From Candidatus Eremiobacteria bacterium (lineage in GTDB: Bacteria > Vulcanimicrobiota > Vulcanimicrobiia > Vulcanimicrobiales > Vulcanimicrobiaceae): a DNA stretch of 64,000 nt. The notes beneath the pieces were generated by a model. The model saw only the letters and a program-made list of their open reading frames with translations, made no database searches and had not been told where the DNA came from. The position numbers were made by a program, and so were the translations under genes. Where the stretch lies: assembly GCA_963737065.1 (NCBI GenBank), contig CAVTRC010000001.1:128001-192000 (forward strand), written 5' to 3'. Of this stretch, positions 62,212 to 64,000 are shown piece after piece; position 1 is the first letter of the stretch, and each line of letters begins with the position of its first letter.

Positions 62212-63468
62212 TTACGCTGCGTCTCGATTAAACTCGATTGCCGCCTCATCGACCGGTCCAAGGATGCATAAGCCGAGTTGATCGTCGGTGAAAAGCTCTT
62301 GCGCAACGTCGGTGATTTGCGGCGCCGTGACGCCGTCGACGCGTTCTTCGAGCTCTTCGGGCGTCATGTGACGTCCGAGCGTAAACTCGTTGCGGCCCAG
62401 ACGAATCATACGGCTCGACGTCGACTCGAGCGAAAGCGTTAGGCTCCCTTTGATGTGTTCCTTCGCCAGTTGCAACTCTGCATCGGAGATGCGAACGTTA
62501 CGCAGTGCGCCGAGTTGCTCGACGATAAGATCGATACACGGCTGCACGGTATCCGGTGATGTTCCGGCGTAGATGCCGAACAACCCCGCCTCACGATATG
62601 CGGCTTGAAACGAATACACGGTATACACGAGCCCGCGCTTCTCGCGAATCTCTTGGAAGAGCCGGCTCGACATTCCGCCGCCCAGCACCGTGTCGAGCAC
62701 CGAAAGCGCGAAACGCCGGTCGTCGCGCGCGGAAAGTCCGCGCGACCCGACAACGACGTAAGCTTGCTCGCTGTCCTTATGCCGGATCAACGTTCCAGGC
62801 GTCGTGGACGGCGCGTCGGGTTCGAAGCTTTCGCTCGTCCCGCGGAAATTCGCAAAACACTCCGCAACGAGTTCGACGAAGCGGTCATGATCGACGTTGC
62901 CGGCAGCCGCGACGACGACCGAATTCGGCGCATAGTGGCGCTTCATGTGCGCCCGTAGGTCCGCCGGCGTGACACGCGTCACGGTATCGACGAAACCGAT
63001 CGTCGGATCGCCGAGATTCGACCCGCTCCACATCGTCTGCAGAAAAAGATCGTGAATCAACTCGTCCGGTGAGTCTTCGTACATTTTGATCTCTTCGAGC
63101 ACGACTTTTTGTTCTTTTGCGAGCTCGTCGGGATCGAACGCGGAATGCAGGAACATGTCGGCCAGCACGTCGAGCGCGAGCGGCACGTGCCGGTCGATGA
63201 CCTTCGCATAATAGCAGGTCGTCTCTTTATCGGTGAATGCGTTCAGATTGCCGCCGACGCCGTCCATCGTCTCGGCAATGTCGCGCGCGCTCCTGCGGGC
63301 GGTTCCTTTGAACAGCATGTGCTCGACGAGGTGCGAAATGCCGCGATCGCCGGGCGTTTCCAACGACGAGCCGACGTCGGCCCAGATGCCGATCGTCGCG
63401 GAGCGCACCGCGGGCATGGTTTCGGTCAGCACCCGCAAGCCGTTCGGGAGCGTCGTCTTCTTATACAC
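62212..63468 (-). CDS. M16 family zinc peptidase
   Basis: HLVEHMLFKGT (HXXEH), NAFTDKE, GGGMSSRLFQEIRE. Confidence 0.95.
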   Translation of the reverse strand: MYKKTTLPNGLRVLTETMPAVRSATIGIWADVGSSLETPGDRGISHLVEHMLFKGTARRSARDIAETMDGVGGNLNAFTDKETTCYYAKVIDRHVPLALDVLADMFLHSAFDPDELAKEQKVVLEEIKMYEDSPDELIHDLFLQTMWSGSNLGDPTIGFVDTVTRVTPADLRAHMKRHYAPNSVVVAAAGNVDHDRFVELVAECFANFRGTSESFEPDAPSTTPGTLIRHKDSEQAYVVVGSRGLSARDDRRFALSVLDTVLGGGMSSRLFQEIREKRGLVYTVYSFQAAYREAGLFGIYAGTSPDTVQPCIDLIVEQLGALRNVRISDAELQLAKEHIKGSLTLSLESTSSRMIRLGRNEFTLGRHMTPEELEERVDGVTAPQITDVAQELFTDDQLGLCILGPVDEAAIEFNRDAA

Positions 63469-63479
63469 TCAGGATCTCC

Positions 63480-63998
63480 CTAGGTACTACTTTTGAAAGC
63501 GGTGCGTGCCCATTCCTCGTCGACGAAGACGTCTTCGCCGCCGCGGAGGCGCTCGGCAAGCGCGGCCGGCGTCTCACTACGCCGCGCGCTCAGCGTGAAC
63601 ACCGTACGCGAGGTCGGTTTCGCAAGGTCACCGGCGACGATCACGCCTTTGCCCACATTGAGCGGCACAGTGGTCCAAACATCGATTTCTTCAGCCTGCG
63701 GCGCAGCCGCAAAACATTCTCCAACGAGCGAGGCAATCTCGTCGTAAAACGCTTCGCGTGTAAGGGAACGGTGGAAATGCACCCCGTTGAGCCGCAGTCC
63801 GAGCACGAGATGCGTGCCGATCTGGTTGGCCGCGACCTGCATCACTTGCGCGGGCCATTCTTGACGAAAAACGTGATCGCCCACGGCAATCGCAATATCT
63901 TTACGATTACCTGTGGCGCGCGCGTGCGCATCGAGATCGGCAACGCTCGGCGTCGATGCAACAGACGTCGCCGCCGTTACAGCCGCTAGGATTGCTGC
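63480..63998 (-). CDS. Secreted hypothetical protein, 5'-truncated by window edge
   Basis: Frame is open to the window end with an Ala-rich signal-like stretch. Confidence 0.65.
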   Translation of the reverse strand, partial: AAILAAVTAATSVASTPSVADLDAHARATGNRKDIAIAVGDHVFRQEWPAQVMQVAANQIGTHLVLGLRLNGVHFHRSLTREAFYDEIASLVGECFAAAPQAEEIDVWTTVPLNVGKGVIVAGDLAKPTSRTVFTLSARRSETPAALAERLRGGEDVFVDEEWARTAFKSST

Positions 63999-64000
63999 TA

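Overview
GC-rich bacterial chromosomal window, mostly housekeeping. Gene order is Firmicutes-like, but a heme-motif outer-membrane-type protein and many Pro-rich lipoproteins suggest a diderm Terrabacteria lineage, possibly Eremiobacterota/Vulcanimicrobiota (inference only). It holds six tRNAs with tadA, aroA, a hit-rpsU-yqeY-nfeD-floA-phoH-ybeY-dgkA-hlyC-cdd-recO-ruvX-mltG superoperon, rpmE-prfA-prmC-pyrG, leuCD-type hydro-lyase genes, a glpX-nitrilase-nadE-cinA operon, a GT-C glycosylation cluster and amj. No CRISPR, transposase, integrase or prophage was seen. The standout is a coupled five-gene operon at 42.06-47.25 kb: CoA-binding protein, LuxE-like synthetase, LuxC-like reductase, class III aminotransferase and Gfo/Idh/MocA oxidoreductase. 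It has no luciferase, so it looks like a carboxylate-to-aldehyde-to-amine pathway. Its luxE/luxC junction is a 53-bp palindromic tandem repeat encoding two ATGA-coupled 18-aa mini-ORFs. Other observations are a dispersed repeat inserted in frame in RF1, probable ATC/ATT/CTG start codons, a CIRCE-like operator before an FmdB/Ruc-like gene, and a cluster of frameshifts at 2.6-7.6 kb that are probably sequencing errors.
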